Position numbers and translations under genes: made by a program | In this document: piece after piece, positions 23,560-37,400 of the stretch | How positions within the stretch are numbered: the first letter of the stretch is position 1 | How the letters are laid out: the number at the start of each line of letters is the position of its first letter | The notes under the pieces: model-generated | Seen by the model: only the letters and a program-made list of their open reading frames with translations | The model's database searches: none | What the model was told of the DNA's origin: nothing | From: Camelus dromedarius | Taxonomy: Eukaryota | Direction of reading: 5' to 3' | Length of the DNA: 64,000 bases | Assembly (NCBI RefSeq): GCF_036321535.1 | Contig: NC_087447.1 | Coordinates: 44,518,001 to 44,582,000, forward strand

Positions 23560-26500
23560 ACAATTAACAACACTAAAATCTGAACAAAATACAGACTGAA
23601 AAACAACTATTTGAAGGTCCTGGAAAGTGAACAAAAGCAGGCAGAAAGCAGAGGAGAGTTTACCCTTGAAAGACTTTGGCTGCAATGGGTAAGAATTGTG
23701 ATTTTGTGGTCTTTCTGTCTGAAGATTTTCCTTCCCCACCCCATTTTCCAGCCCCACCCTATCCCCCAGTTCCAAAGGCAGAAAACCACAGCCTTATTGG
23801 CTCAAAATAGCAGAGGACAGAATTCAAGGCTGGTGAAGCAGCTGGAAATTTAAGAGCCGAAATCCTGAAAGAGAGAGAGTGGTGTAAGGGGTGAAACCAA
23901 ACTATTGACCTAAACTGTCCAAGTCTTTGGATGACCACTAAATTACACATGTACAGGGGAGACTCAAGTGGACCTAGCAAAAAAAAAAAAAAAAAAAAGC
24001 TGCAGAATCCAGTGAACAGTCTATTCCTTGAATGATAAGAGATGCCCTGGGTTAGATGTGCAAATTTGCTGGTTTTTTGCCTGAGTGCATTCTTCGGTTT
24101 ATATCCAGCATGGGTGGCAGCTGCAGTGTCAAAAGACAGGGTTTGGCAATGGAGAGCAGCTGGAAATTTAAAAGGAAAATCCCAGAAGCCAAAGGACTGT
24201 AGAGGAGATGAGCTCCGAGACCTGCCCAAATCCTTGGCCAGTGTCTGAACTATGTAAACGCAGGTGAGGTGCTCTGAGGCTAGGCTAAAAAAGCAGCCGC
24301 TGGAAGCCGAGAGCACTAAGCAGATGGATCAACTGTTGCGTGCTCAACACAGGAAATATAAAATTTGCATTTTGAGCCCACCCCAAAATGCCTTCTATAA
24401 CAACATCAACAACAAATCTTTAGAACATAACAGAATGAAAACTTAACAACTTACCCACAATATCCAGTTTTCAACCAAAATTACCAGACATGCAAATAAA
24501 TAGGAAATTAATTATACCTTGTTATAATTATTAAAATATGAAATTAGACAGTAATTTTTACTCAGGGTAAAAGACACTCAGTAGAAATTGACTCTTAGGG
24601 GGCTGAGATGTTGCATTTAGCTGTCACATCATTCAAAGAAGCTGTTTTTAATGTATCCAAACAATGAAAGGAAAATATGTGTAAGAAATTCAAGGAAAAC
24701 ACGGCCTCAATGAATACACAGGTAGGGAACCTTCCCAGGGACAGAAACTACAAGAGAGAACCATAGGAAATTCTAGAACTGGAAAATATAAATAACTAAA
24801 AGGAAAAAAAAAAGACAATACAAGTTACTCAATTTGAACAACAGAGAGAAAATAAACTAAAGGAAATGGATAGAACCTGTGGGACTAGAACCAAAGATCT
24901 AACATTGTGTCATTAACGGCCCAGAAGAAGATGAAAAAGAGGATGTAGCTGGATGGAAAGTAGCTGAAAACTTTGCAGATTTGGTAAGAAATCCATATGG
25001 ATTCAAGAAGCAAGTGAACTGCAAACAAAATTAACAGGAAGAAACCAATTTAAAACGTACCATAATTGAAGTTATGAAAACTAAAGAAAAAAATTGAAAC
25101 AGCTGGAATTGAAATGACACCTTACCTAAAAGGGAAAAAACAATTTGAATGAGAGCAGAGTTCTTATCAGGAACCATGGAAGCTATAGGGGAATGGCACA
25201 CTTTTTTTTTCTTTTCAGATTTTGAAAGAGAAGGACTCTTAACCCAGAACCAGCAGTGAAAATATCCTTCAGGAGTGAAGGGGAAATTTGGATATTCTCA
25301 GATAAAGGAAAACTAGGGGAATTTGTCACCAGCAGACCTACCCTAAAAGAATGGCTAAAAGAAGTTCTCCACATAGAAAGGAAATGATAAAAGACGAAAC
25401 CTTGGAACATCAGGAAGGATGAAAGAGCACAAAAATGTGTGCAAATACAGCCAGCTTTCCTTCTCTTGAGTTCTCTGAATTGTATTTGATGGTTGAAACA
25501 AAACTTATAACATTGTCTGATGTGGTTCTAAATGAGTTAAGACAATTATAAACAGGGAAGGATAAAGGAAAGTAAGGTTTCTATACTTCACTTGAACTGG
25601 TAAAATGACACCACCAGTAAACCATGTTAAGTAATGAATATAATGTTAATACATAAAGCAACTGCTAAAAAGCTATATAAAGATACAAACTCAGAAACAG
25701 TATAAATAACTCAATAGTTCTAAAAATAGTCAGTTAGCTCATAGAAGGCAGAAAAAAGAAAACATGAAAATCAGAGTAAACAGGAAAAGAAAAAAAAGGT
25801 GGCTTTACTCCCTAGTATATCAATAATTACATTATATGTTACTGAACTGAATACACCAATTAAACAACAGACATGGGCAGAGTGAGTTTTTAAAAATGAC
25901 CCAACTATATATATGTGTTATTTACAAGAAACTCACTTTAAACATAAATGTATAGGCAAATTAAAAGTAAGAGGATGAGAAAGATGTATCATACAAACAA
26001 GTCAAAAAATAGAAGTGGCTACAATGATAACAAAATAGACTTCAGAGGAAAAGAATCTGACAGGGATAAAAGGGGCATTATATAATAATAAATGGGTCCA
26101 TGCAGTAAGAAGACAACAACACTAAATGTATATACACCAAACAACAGTGTGCAAAATACATGAAGTAGAACTGATCGAACCAAAAGGAGAAATACACAAA
26201 TCTACAACTGCAGTTGGAGACTCTCAAGAACTGGTAAAACAACTAGACAGAAAATCGACAAATACATAGAACTCAACAATACCTTCAACCAGTGGGATCT
26301 AACTGACATTTATAGATTACTCCACCAACAAAATACACATCATTTTCAAATACCCATGGAACGTATCACCAGCGTATCTTGGGCTATAAAATAAATTTCA
26401 ACAAATTTTAAAGATTTGAAATCATATAGAATATGTTCTCTGACCACAAAAAAATCAAACTAGAAATCAGTAACAGGAAAATTTCCAAACAGAAGCTAAA

Positions 26501-28985
26501 CAGTACACTTCTAAGTAATCCATAGGTCAAAGAGAAAGTCACAGGGAAATATAAAAATACATCGAATGTAATGAAAATGCAACGTATCAGAATTTGTGAG
26601 ACATAGCTACAGTAATACTGAGTATTGCTCAGCACCAAATGTATGGCACTAAATGTGTATGTTGGAAAAGAGACAGTCTTAAATGAATAATAATATCTTC
26701 CATCTCAATAGTCTAGGAGGGGAAAAGAGAAAAATCCAAAGCAAACTGAAGGAAGGAAATAATAAAGGTAATAGCAGAAATCCATGGAATTGAAAACAAA
26801 CAAACCAATAGAGAAGATCAATTAAACAAAGGGCTGTTTCTTTAAAAATATCAATAATGTTACAAACTTCTAGCAAGACTAAAGAGACATATTATCAATA
26901 TCAGGAATGAAACAACAAGTATCACTACCTGTGCAGACAAATACATAAAGATAATAAGGAAATACTGCAAACAACACTGTGCATGTATATTTGACAACTT
27001 AGTTGAAATGGAACAATTTTTCAAAAGACACCAAAGTACTACAGTTCATGCAAAATGAAATAAATAAATAGCCCTGTAACTATTAAAGGAATTTAAACTT
27101 GTAACTTTAAAACTCCCAAGTAAAAGGATTCTCCAGGTCTTGATTGTCTCATTGGGGAATTTACCAAATGTTTCAAGAAGAAATAACACCAATTATATGC
27201 AATATTTTTCAGAAAATAGAAGGGAACATTTCCCATCATTTCAAGAAGTTACCGTTACTCTAATACCAAAACCAGAGAGGATATACAGACCAATATGCCT
27301 GATGAATAGAAATGCAAAAATCTTTAACATAATACCAGCAAAAAGAATCCAGCAATATATGGGGGAGAGTACAGCTCAGTGGTGGAGTGCATGCTTAGCA
27401 TGCATGAGGTCCTGGGTTCAATCCCCAGTACCTCCATTAAAAAGTAAATAAACCTAATTACCTCCTCCCCAAAACAAAAACAAACAAAAAGAATCCAGCA
27501 GTATATAAAAAAGAATTATATAACATGGCCCAATGGAGTTTACTTCAGGGACGTAAAGGCTGGTTCAGTAGTAGAATATCAGTCGATGTATCCACCATAT
27601 TTAAAGGCTGAAGACAAATCACAGGATTACATCAGTTGGTGCAGAACAAGCATTTGACAAAATTCAACAACCATCATGCTCAGAAAAGTAGGAATAGAGG
27701 AGAACTTCTTCAGCTTAAAGAATGTCTATTTTTTAAAAATCTACTTAATGGTAAAAAAAAAAAAAGAACTTAATGCTTCCCCCTTAAAATTGAAAAGAAT
27801 GCAAGGATCTCCACTCTTAACCATTCTTATATCAGTACAGGGCTTGAAGTTCTAGTTAATGCAGTAAGATAGGAGAAGGAAATAAAAGACATGCAGATCA
27901 GAAAGCAAGAATTAAACTGTCCCTATTTACAGATGACATGTTTGTCTACACAGAAAATCCCAAGGAATCTACAAAAAATTCCTAGAATATAGTAAGTTCA
28001 GCAACATTACAAGAAACAAGATAAACACACAAAAATTAATTGTATTTCTATATACTAGAAATAAACATGTAGACACTAAAATTTAAAATACCATTTACAC
28101 TTGCTCAAAAAGAAATGAAACACTTAGCTATAAACATAACAATACGTTTATAGGACTTCTATGCTAAAAACTGTACAACACGGATGAAAAAAATCAAAGA
28201 TCTAAATAAATGGAGAGACATACCATGTTCTTGGGTTGCAAAACTTAACATAGCAAAGGTATCAATTGTGTACCCATATGGGTAAAGAGGTTTAACACAT
28301 TCCTACCAAAACCCCAGCATGGCTTTTTTTGTAGACATAAATAAGATTATTCTAAAATTTGTATGGAAAGGCAAAGGAACTCCAATTCGTAGACAGTTTT
28401 GAAAAAGAAGACTACAGTAGGAGGAGTCAGTTTACTCAATTTCAAGACTTACTCTGTAGCTACAGTAATCAAGACTGCAGTATTGGTGGAGGAAAGGATA
28501 GGTACATAAATCAATAGAATGGAACAGAGAGCCCAGAAACAGACCCACACAGCTGTGCCCAACTGCTTTTTGACAAAGGCGCAAAAATAATTCAATGGGG
28601 GAAAGAGCCTTTTCAACAAATGGAGGTGGAGAACTTGGACATCCACAGGAAAAATAACTGCGTACACACATACATATATAAATCGTTATCTGTCTTGACC
28701 TAGTCTCACACCTTGTACAAAAACTACCTCAAAACGGATCAGACTTAAATGTAAAATATAAGATGATAAAACTTTTAGAAAAGAAACACAGGAGAAAATC
28801 TTTGATATCTAAGGTGAGGCGAAGAGTTGTAAACTTGATGTCAAAAGCATGATTCATAAAGGCAAAAAAAAATGGTAAACTGGGAATTTATCAAAATTTA
28901 AAACCTTTGCTCTGTGGAAGACCCTATGAAGATAAGAAGCTACAGACTGGGAGAAAAGATTTGCAAACCCCGTATCTGACAGAGG
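23560..28985 (+). mobile_element. Long degenerate LINE-1 (5' region, ORF1 and ORF2 remnants), interrupted by a SINE
   Basis: A-rich + strand. Endonuclease remnant ttacaagaaactcac (LQETH, about 25922), RT remnants caaggatctccactc (QGSPL, about 27802) and ctatttacagatgacatg (LFTDDM, 27923-27940), plus ggagagacataccatgttcttgg. No long open frame. The 5' boundary is approximate. Confidence 0.85.
27361..27490 (+). mobile_element. tRNA-derived SINE (camelid vic-1-like) nested in L1
   Basis: A-box agctcagtgg and B-box ggttcaatcc. 20-bp TSD aaaagaatccagca(a/g)tatat at 27341-27360 and 27487-27506. Confidence 0.9.
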
Positions 28986-31900
28986 AGGATTGGAGTAGGA
29001 CAGAACACTTCCCAGCTCATTTTGCGTGTGACTCTCTGAGACATAAACCCAGGAGCGGACCTGCAAGGACATACTGTACTTAATTGATTTTCATTAAGTG
29101 CTGCTAAATTGCTCCCCAGAGTACGCCAGTATTCCCATCTCCCAACAGTGCATGAGAATTCTTGTTTTCCACTGTCTGCCTAACTTGTTACATTAGAGGC
29201 AACAGAATGTCGTAGAGAGAATGGGTTCTGGAGACAAATGCGTGGATTCATAAACTGGCTCTGCGTATTTCACAGTAACTATAAATGGGGTTTGAGCTTT
29301 AAAAATTGTGAGTCACTATACTGTACACCTGTAGCTTATATAATATTACACATCAACTATATTTCAATTTAAAAAGTACAAAAAGGGGAGTTGACAAGAT
29401 TGTTAAAAAGATTAAAGGAGACAGCTGACTTGAAGGTGACCACTTCAGCACCTGCTATATGGCATGTAGGATCTGCTTCCCAAAATGGGTTAGCCAGTTC
29501 AGTCTAAAAAGACTAAACACTCAAAAGGCCCATGTCACTACCTCCGGTGCTGGCACCAGCCAGTCTTAACAGCAGGCTCACGCTGCCCGGGGATGGGCTA
29601 ATCATTTGTCTAAGAGCACAGAGGGGCCTCCTTCCCCCGACTCACACAGCTAGAGAAAGCAATCCTCAGTGGGGTGCACTGGCATCCTTATTCTGATCGA
29701 TGGCTTAGATCCTCGGGGACAGCCAGTACAACTGTACTGGATGCTGACTATACTCTTTCAAGCAGAAAAAGTTCAGATTAAAGTAGTGCTGTCTTGGGCA
29801 CCGTCCAAGAGGATTTGTCATCCTGAAGTTTTAAAAAGTACTCCTACTCAAATGCCATTCCTTGCCCAGCTCTCAAGCACAAGCTCACAGGCACATGGTC
29901 TAAAATGGGTCCAGTCTTCTCTCACCAAGTGAGAAAAGTCAGCCAAGGAGAGGAAGAACTTGAAACCTGAGTAAGAGTACACTTCACCTAAAATAAGACC
30001 CAGGTATTATTTTGTTGTAGTAACTACAGACTGAATTGTTTTAAAGCTAGGAATAATACAATAAAGTTTAAAAAAGAGAGAGAGAGAAACACTAGCTCTG
30101 ACTTTGTGATCTTGGATAACCGACTGAACCAGTGTCTGAGTTTCCTGATCTGTAAAATGGAATAATAGTTCCTGTCTTAGAGCTACCAGGGCTTCTTAGG
30201 CATTAGTGGGCGAAGCTGGCACTTTTTATTTTTTTTCTTGTCTCAGACATTTCCCCCACATATCTTATTTCTGAATGAGGATTTCAAATTAGACTGAAAG
30301 CTGAAAATATATACATGAGTATCAGCTGAGCTACAGAGCACACGTCAGTGAGGTTTTTGGTCGTTGGATTATTAGTGCATACAGTGTGCAGAGCAGGACC
30401 ACAGATATCCTCAGAAATTTGGATATGCAAATAAAATTTAGCTCTTTTCTCAATTACTGATCTGATTTTCCTCACAAATCTCACTCCCATCCTCAACTCC
30501 ACTGGATAGTGGAAGAGGCTAGAAATAAATTTGGCTCAGTCTCTTTAGGCTTCGTTTATTCTCTTTGAAATACATGCTCAGGACTTCAAATTCTGAGCAT
30601 TCTACTTTGCTCCTCTCCAACGTGTCAGCAGGGTATGGAGAGGAGGGCTTATGTGGCATTGTGATGCCAAAAGGAAGGGGTCCCCTGGCCTAATACTTGT
30701 TCTTGGGTGTGCACAAGCTGCAGTCCTCTGGGTATGGTTGGCCCAGTTCCACACTTGGGTGTCCTGCCAACATTTGCTTCTGAAGCTGATGAATTTGGAG
30801 TCTTGTCTTTTTCAGCTGTCAGGGCCTTGTGCCCCACCTCCCTGCCAGTTTGGCTTCCTCTCAATAACTCTGTTTGGTGCTGCAGACCTCAGTGATTCTC
30901 TGCCTCATACTCCACTGAACCTAACAGTTCTCTGTTCAGTTTCCACACCATGTAGGGATCAAGGGACACTTCTTCCTGTCCATGCTTCTCTGCCTTCTTA
31001 ATGCTCTTGGGGCCACAGTAAGTCCATGCTGCAGGGCAGTTCCCTTCTGAAGTCCCAGTAGGGAAAAGGGCAAAAGGCTCCTTGCCCTCAGTACCTCAGT
31101 TGACTGCTCCATCCCAAAGTCCCAGATCAGGTCGATTTGATTTGGTCATTTTCCTCCCTCCCTGTCTCGTTCACCTCCCACTACCCCATCTGTCAGGACA
31201 GGATGGGACATATTTCTCCCCTTTGCCATGTGTCTATTTCTTCCTTCCTTTCACTGTTTGACACTTTACTTTCCTAATGAGATTTTAATTTATCTGGTAG
31301 ACAGTTTCAACAGTGAAATTGGATGCAGTTATTGTATTTGAGCTATGCTGTCATATGGTACTTATAATCTGTAATTGCCTGAGTTTACTAGCAGAATGTG
31401 CTGGGCATAATTCAAGAATGAATTTCAGTCAGTTATGCCTCAATAAAGCTGAAATTAAAAAAAAAAAAAAAGAAACGCTAGGTAAAAGAAAAAAAAAGAG
31501 TAAATTTCGGTCTAGAGAATGATGTGGATTTGTAGAAAACATTCTGTACAAACCAGTTTACTCGTATATCACTGCTGTTCCCTGTTCCCGCTGGGGGAAA
31601 TAGTAGTGACGGTACGTAGGGACAGGGGGTTCATTTACCCACAAGGACTTCTTTGATACTCTGCTAATCTCTTCTCCTGAAGGAACAGCCGTGCCCCTGG
31701 TTGACTGTGGAAAAGAAAAGGGAGGGGTTTCTGAGGAAAGTGCAAGTTTTTGCCTCTTTGCTCAGCCTTTTGTTAAAGGACATGGTTGCACCGCAGTCAC
31801 TAGCAAGCGGGTGACTGTGAGGAGGTTGTGCACCGATACTTGGTCTGTGCTTCATTTGCATTTCCTCCACGGTGTAGCTTGTACCTAGCCAGACAGCGAG

Positions 31901-32059
31901 GGAAGTTAAGTTGTACTTAGTAAGTTTTGATACGTGGGGGCAAGCTGGGGAGCTGGTGTTGGCTTTCAGCTCTGCTGTACTCTAACTGAACTTTTATCAG
32001 AGAGGTTTGCCCTCGGGTAGCAAGCAGTTATGTAGCTAGTAACAACTGAACGTATTAAA

Positions 32060-33355
32060 GCGGAACTCCTGATTCCCCACCCCCCAACCTGTCTCCCTCA
32101 CATTTCCTGTCTCAGCTGACACCATGATTCACCCAGTTACTCAAGCTTAAAATCTAGGAGTCATCCTAGACTTGTCCCCTTCACTCACTCTTCACATTCA
32201 GTCCATCAGCAAGTTCTTCTGGCTTTGCCTCCACAGTATGTCCTAAATCCATCAGTTCTTCATCTCCACTGTTATGACCCTGGTCCAGACTCCATCATCT
32301 CTCACTTGAATTACTTCAAAAGTCTCCAGACAAATCTTCCTCCCTGTTACTCTGGATTCCTTCCATCCATCCACCCACCCACCCACCATAGAAAAGTCAC
32401 AGTGATCTTTGAAAAAGATCATTTCCCACCTAATAGTCTCCAATAGATTCCTCCTTATGCTTTTAAAAAATACAAGCTAAAGTCCATACGACTCAGTAAC
32501 AAAAAACAACCCAATCAAAAAATGGACAGAAGACCTAAAAGACATCTCTCCAGTAAAGACTTGCAGATGGCCAACAGGCACATGAAAAGATAATCAGTAT
32601 CACTAATTATCAGAGAAATGCAAATCAAAACTACAATGAGGTATCACCTCACACCAGTGAGAATGACCATCATTCAAAAGTCCACAAACAATAAATGGTG
32701 GAGAGGGTGTGGAGAACAGGGAACCCTCCTACACTGCTGGTGGGAATGTAGTTTGGTGCAACCACTATGGAAAACAGTATGGCAATTCCTTAAAAAACTG
32801 AAAATAGACTTACTATATGATCTAGCAATCCCACTCCTGGACATATGTCCAGAGAAAACTCTAACTCAAAAAGATACATGTACCCCAGTGTTCATAGCAG
32901 CACTATTTACAATAGCCAAGACATGGAAACAGCCTAAATGTCCATTGACAGATGAATGAATAAAGATGATGTGATATATATATTCCATTATAAATATAAT
33001 GGAATGTTAGTCATAAAAAAGAAGGAAAAAATGCCATTTGCAGCAACATGGATGGACCTGGAGATTATCATACTAAGTAAAGTAATCAGAGAAAGACAAA
33101 TACCATATATCACTTATATGTGGAATCTAAAAAAATGGCACAAATGAGCTTATTTACAAAACAGAAACAGACTTACAGACACAGAAAACAGACTTATGGT
33201 TACCAAAAGGGAAAGCTGGGGGAGTGGGGAATAAATTAGGAGTCTGGGATTTGCAGCTACAAACTACTATATACAAAATAGGTAAACAAGGACCTACTGT
33301 ATATCACAGGGAACTATATTCAAATGCTTGTAATAACCTATAATGAAGAATATGA

Positions 33356-33389
<34 letters not shown>

Positions 33390-33895
33390 AATGAATCACT
33401 GTGCTGTACACCAGAAACTCACATTGTAAATCAACTATACTTCAGTTTAAAAAAATACAAGCTCATTATCCTGAAAAGGCTATATGTGATCCTTCCCTTT
33501 CTATATACCTTTGCGTCCTTTTGGCCCACTCTGCCCCTCTCTCCGTGGTCCAGCTACACACTCTGTTCGTTGAATGCCCCAAGGCTGTTCTGCCTCAAGA
33601 CCTTGGCATCTACTGAGGGCTGTCCCTGAAACACTCCTAGATCTTCAAATCGCTCCCTTTCAGATAGTCAGCAAGGCTTCCCTGACCACCCAAACTAGAT
33701 TAACTGCTCTCCTCTAGTCACTCTAATACATCAGCCTACTGTAGTTTCTTTATAGCACTTAAAAATAATCAAATTTAACTCATTTATATGTTGGCATTTT
33801 ATTTATTGTTCATCTCTTGGCATTAGAACCACCTCATCAGTGCCTGGACGAGCACCTGGTCCAGAGGAGTGCTCATAAATCATCACTGAATGAAC
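32060..33895 (+). mobile_element. LINE-2 fragment split by a younger L1
   Basis: L2-like text at 32060-32460 (cacccagttactcaagcttaaaatctaggagtcatcctagac) resumes at 33464-33895 and ends ...actgaatgaa. Confidence 0.55.
32479..33449 (+). mobile_element. 5'-truncated LINE-1 (ORF2 C-terminus + 3' UTR) with TSD
   Basis: ORF 32618-32959 [16 protein letters not shown]...[23 protein letters not shown] is the L1 ORF2p Cys-rich C-terminus. 14-bp TSD aaaaaatacaagct at 32465-32478 and 33450-33463. Internal (TA)n at about 33357-33378. Confidence 0.92.
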
Positions 33896-33929
33896 ACAGG
33901 ACCTTGTGTCTTACTTTGTTTTTGTTTTG

Positions 33930-33932
<3 letters not shown>

Positions 33933-33970
<38 letters not shown>
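33933..33970. repeat. (TG)n microsatellite
   Basis: About 19 perfect TG units, preceded by (TTTTG)n. Confidence 0.95.
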
Positions 33971-33971
<1 letters not shown>

Positions 33972-34402
33972 CTCACTCAGAGATTCCATCCCAGGGAAGG
34001 CGATGGCTGGTAGGGCAGGACTGGGGCATTCCCAACAATACCACTAAGTGCCAGAAGAAATTATCTGGGAGTTCTAATGTTCTCCCTTTAAAAATGTCTC
34101 TTGTGGGTTTAGCACAAGTGCTGAGAGCACAGTCAAGAGCTGGGCAAGGACTCAGGACCGTGTGTGTTAGCCATCACCAGATCTGCCTAGCCCCTTGGAT
34201 ACATGACTGATACCTGGCCATGTCCCCAGTGTACCCACACTCTCCTCTCCCTAGCTGCCAGGCACACACCCTCCTCCATTCAGTGTGAACATACCTCTCT
34301 CTGTTGTGCACACTGTGCTCTCCCCTCTGTGTCACATTCTTGGTGTGCACACACCCTACATTCCTTCTAAGTCTCAGAAATCTGTCATCAAATCACTCCA
34401 CC

Positions 34403-34408
34403 TTTATT
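34403..34408 (-). terminator. Poly(A) signal AATAAA of DNHD1
   Basis: TTTATT on the + strand, 12 nt beyond the TGA at 34421-34423. Confidence 0.8.
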
Positions 34409-34420
34409 TTGGCTGAGGAT

Positions 34421-37400
34421 TCAGGTCAGGGGTGGGCTGCACACGTGGACCCTCCGTTGGACGCAGGTGGCAGGGCTGAGCTTCGTGGGCAGGGGCAGGT
34501 GCATCAGGATCTTCCTGCTGTGCAGCCTGGTGGTGCCAAGGGGCCCTTCCATGTACACAGGACAGGAATACACAGCCAGGCCTGCTGGGGGCAGGTCGTT
34601 GGCCCCCAAGGCCTGGGCACTGATGCTGACGCTGACGGGAGGCAGAGGGCTGGGCTGACGGGAGGAACTGTCCTGCAAGGCCCCTGCAAGTGGGTCCCAC
34701 TCGGCATTCCGGAGCTGTAGCCCAATCAGCAGCAGCCCCGTCTCTGGTACTGTGGGATTGGGGACGTTCACCACCTAGAGGTGCCAGAAACTGGTCAGGC
34801 AAGGCTAGGAAGCTGAGGGGTCGTGGAGCTGGATCAAAGAAGGAGATGGGGCGATGAAGGGGCAAAACCAAGAAGAGGCAATGTGGGTAACTGCAGGGTG
34901 TAATCAGGGACTTAATCAGGGATTTGAAGGGCAGAATTGGAAACGAAGGGGCAACACGAAGGTACCTGGAGGTGCAGAGGGCTGCTCAGCTCCTGACGTC
35001 TGTCGGGGAGCTGACTGGAGCTAGAGCCTTGACAACCAGGGAAATTCGTCAGGGCGACCACAGCAAAGGCAGCCTCCCAACGCAGTGACAGCAGCAGGCG
35101 GCGCGGGTGGCAAAAGGCTGATAGGTGAAAGATGCGCTCTGGTACTTGGGTTCCCACACCCAGGTAGCGAACCAACAGCTGCCCACGACGCGACAACTGT
35201 CGCAACCATTGCCAGGGCGGCTGCGGCCCGGCAGGCGCATGGGGTCGCCAAGGCCGGGGTAGGCGGCCAGCCCAGAGAGCGTGAGCCACCTCCGCGCAGC
35301 GCCGGGAGGCGCACGGGGGCGCGCCCTTCAGCTGCTGCAACAGGCAATCGAGGTCCCGTTGCAGCGCGCCCACCAGCTGGCTCACTTCCAGCACCTCCGC
35401 CTTGAGGAAGCCCTCCAGAGGCCGTCGCGCACTCAGCCCCAGCTCCACCCACCCGGCGCCAGACTCATCTTGGCAAATGGTCTCGGTCAGCAGAGCCTGC
35501 AGTGACTCCAGCCTCCGCTTGGCTTGCACTAGGCGTTGCCGCAGCCGCCTTTCAGCGCGCCGGGAGCCTCCGCAGGCCGCTGGAACCCATGTGGGTGAAC
35601 TCCGCTGCAGCGCGCTCAGGAGAGCGCGACTCTGGCGTCGCCACAGCCAGGTCTGGGAGCCAGCACTCAGTCCGCAGATCCGGGGTTCAGGCAGTGTGGG
35701 TAGTAGGTGCATCTGAGCCTTGCATTCTTCCATTGCATCCAACTCCCCTAGTTCTTGGGGGTGGAGGGGAGGGGTGAGAGACAAGATGGCCTCTCCTCAC
35801 CTTGCCAAGGGAGTAGGCCTTTCCCTGACACTTTAAGCCATCATTCGGTAACTGTGATTACTGTACCCTTCTACACCTTTATTGATACCTCTGTTCATAT
35901 GCCCTTCAGTGAGGTGGCATATAACTATGCTGCCCCTCTCCCACCCCCAGCACAGATACTTGACTGGAGCTTACCTGGACTGGGCATCAGAGTGGCCAGC
36001 AGCTGCTGGGGTGTGTGTGGTTGGGCCCAGTTCCCACTGCTGGGGCCCAGGCAGGCTTGCGTCAGGCTAGTCAGGGCCTCCCTGTCCTTGTTGTCTCCCA
36101 CTGGACCCCCATAGAAGACCGAGGCTGAGGATGAGGTCAGAGCCCCTCAGTTCCAGTCCCTCCAGTTTCCACCAACTCCCAAACCAAAGTTGTAAGTTAT
36201 GTCCCCATCTCTGTGCTCCCACCCCTACCCTTTTCCAGGCTCTCCCTGGGGGGCTGATGACTACATGGGGGACAGAAGGAGTCTCACCGGCCAGCTCCTG
36301 CATGGCGGCCCTGGGATTGCTAAGGCTGGCCCACAGCTGGTCTTGGATCTGAAGGGCCTGAGTCAGGGTCACTTGACTCCTGGGGGCAGGGAGCAGGAAG
36401 TAGGGCCTCAAAACCATTTATATGCTGAGGACTTAAAACATCTTTCTCTCCAGCCCAAACCTCTCCTGAGCTCCAGACCCACGAGGGCTTACCAGTCATC
36501 ACCAATTGGCACCTCAAATACAACTTCCTTTCAACTGAAATCATCTTCCCCACCCCACACCAGCCAGTTGTCCAAGGCAGAAGCCTGGGAGCCATCCTTG
36601 ACTCCTCCCTCTGCCTCACCCCATATATACTCTCTCCCTGCACTGTGACTACATGAGTCCCTACCACCGCTACCACCATCTCGTTCCTCAAGAAGACCAG
36701 AGCCTCCTAAAACTGTTTTGCTTGCCTCCAGGCCTGCCTTGTCTGGTCCACTCTCCACACTGCAGCCAGCTTGATCTTTCCAAACAAGAGGATCATGTTT
36801 CTTCTACTTAAAATCCTTCAGTGCTTCCCACTGTCCTCAGGATCCAATAAGGTGCCTTGCCATGGTGCCTACTCAACAGCCAGCATGTCTACCTCAGCTA
36901 CACTGATGTCTTCTCCCTCCTGCTGAGCTTACTTCCTTCTGCTCTGAAGGGCCCCATCACCACCTGATCTGCCTCTGCTGTTAAGACTCACTTCAGAGGG
37001 AGATCCTAAAGCCCTTGGAGAAGCCTTCCTTGACTTACCCTTGCCTTGCCCTCACATTTTGGAGCTCCCCAGAGATGAATCCCAGAGTGTGAAAAATATT
37101 CAGTGTTTGCTGAGTGACTGACAGAGCCAGATGGGTGGGGTCCCTCACCAGCGCCCCCTGTGGGCCTGCAGCTTCATTCCATAGAGCTGCCGGTGTAGCA
37201 GGAGGCCATGTAGGAGGAGCAGAGGCAGCACCCTGGCTGGGGGTTGCACACTGAGTCCTTGCTGGGCTAGCTCCACGCTGTCCACCAAGACGTGGCCCAA
37301 CTCCAGGGACTGGTCCCAGAAAACAGGCATGGAGTGCTGAGTCAGTATGGCTGGGGAGGAGGGAGAGTGCAGAGTCAGCACAGTACAGTTGCCCTCCCCT

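Noticed and set aside
27361..27435. tRNA-like sequences (also at 22790, 40801, 46858, 50890, 62066)
   Set aside because: They have A/B boxes but also AT-rich tails, TSDs and copy-specific mutations, so they are SINE heads rather than tRNA genes.
32618..32959. 113-aa ORF with a Cys/His motif
   Set aside because: C-terminal fragment of L1 ORF2p in a truncated insertion, not a host gene.
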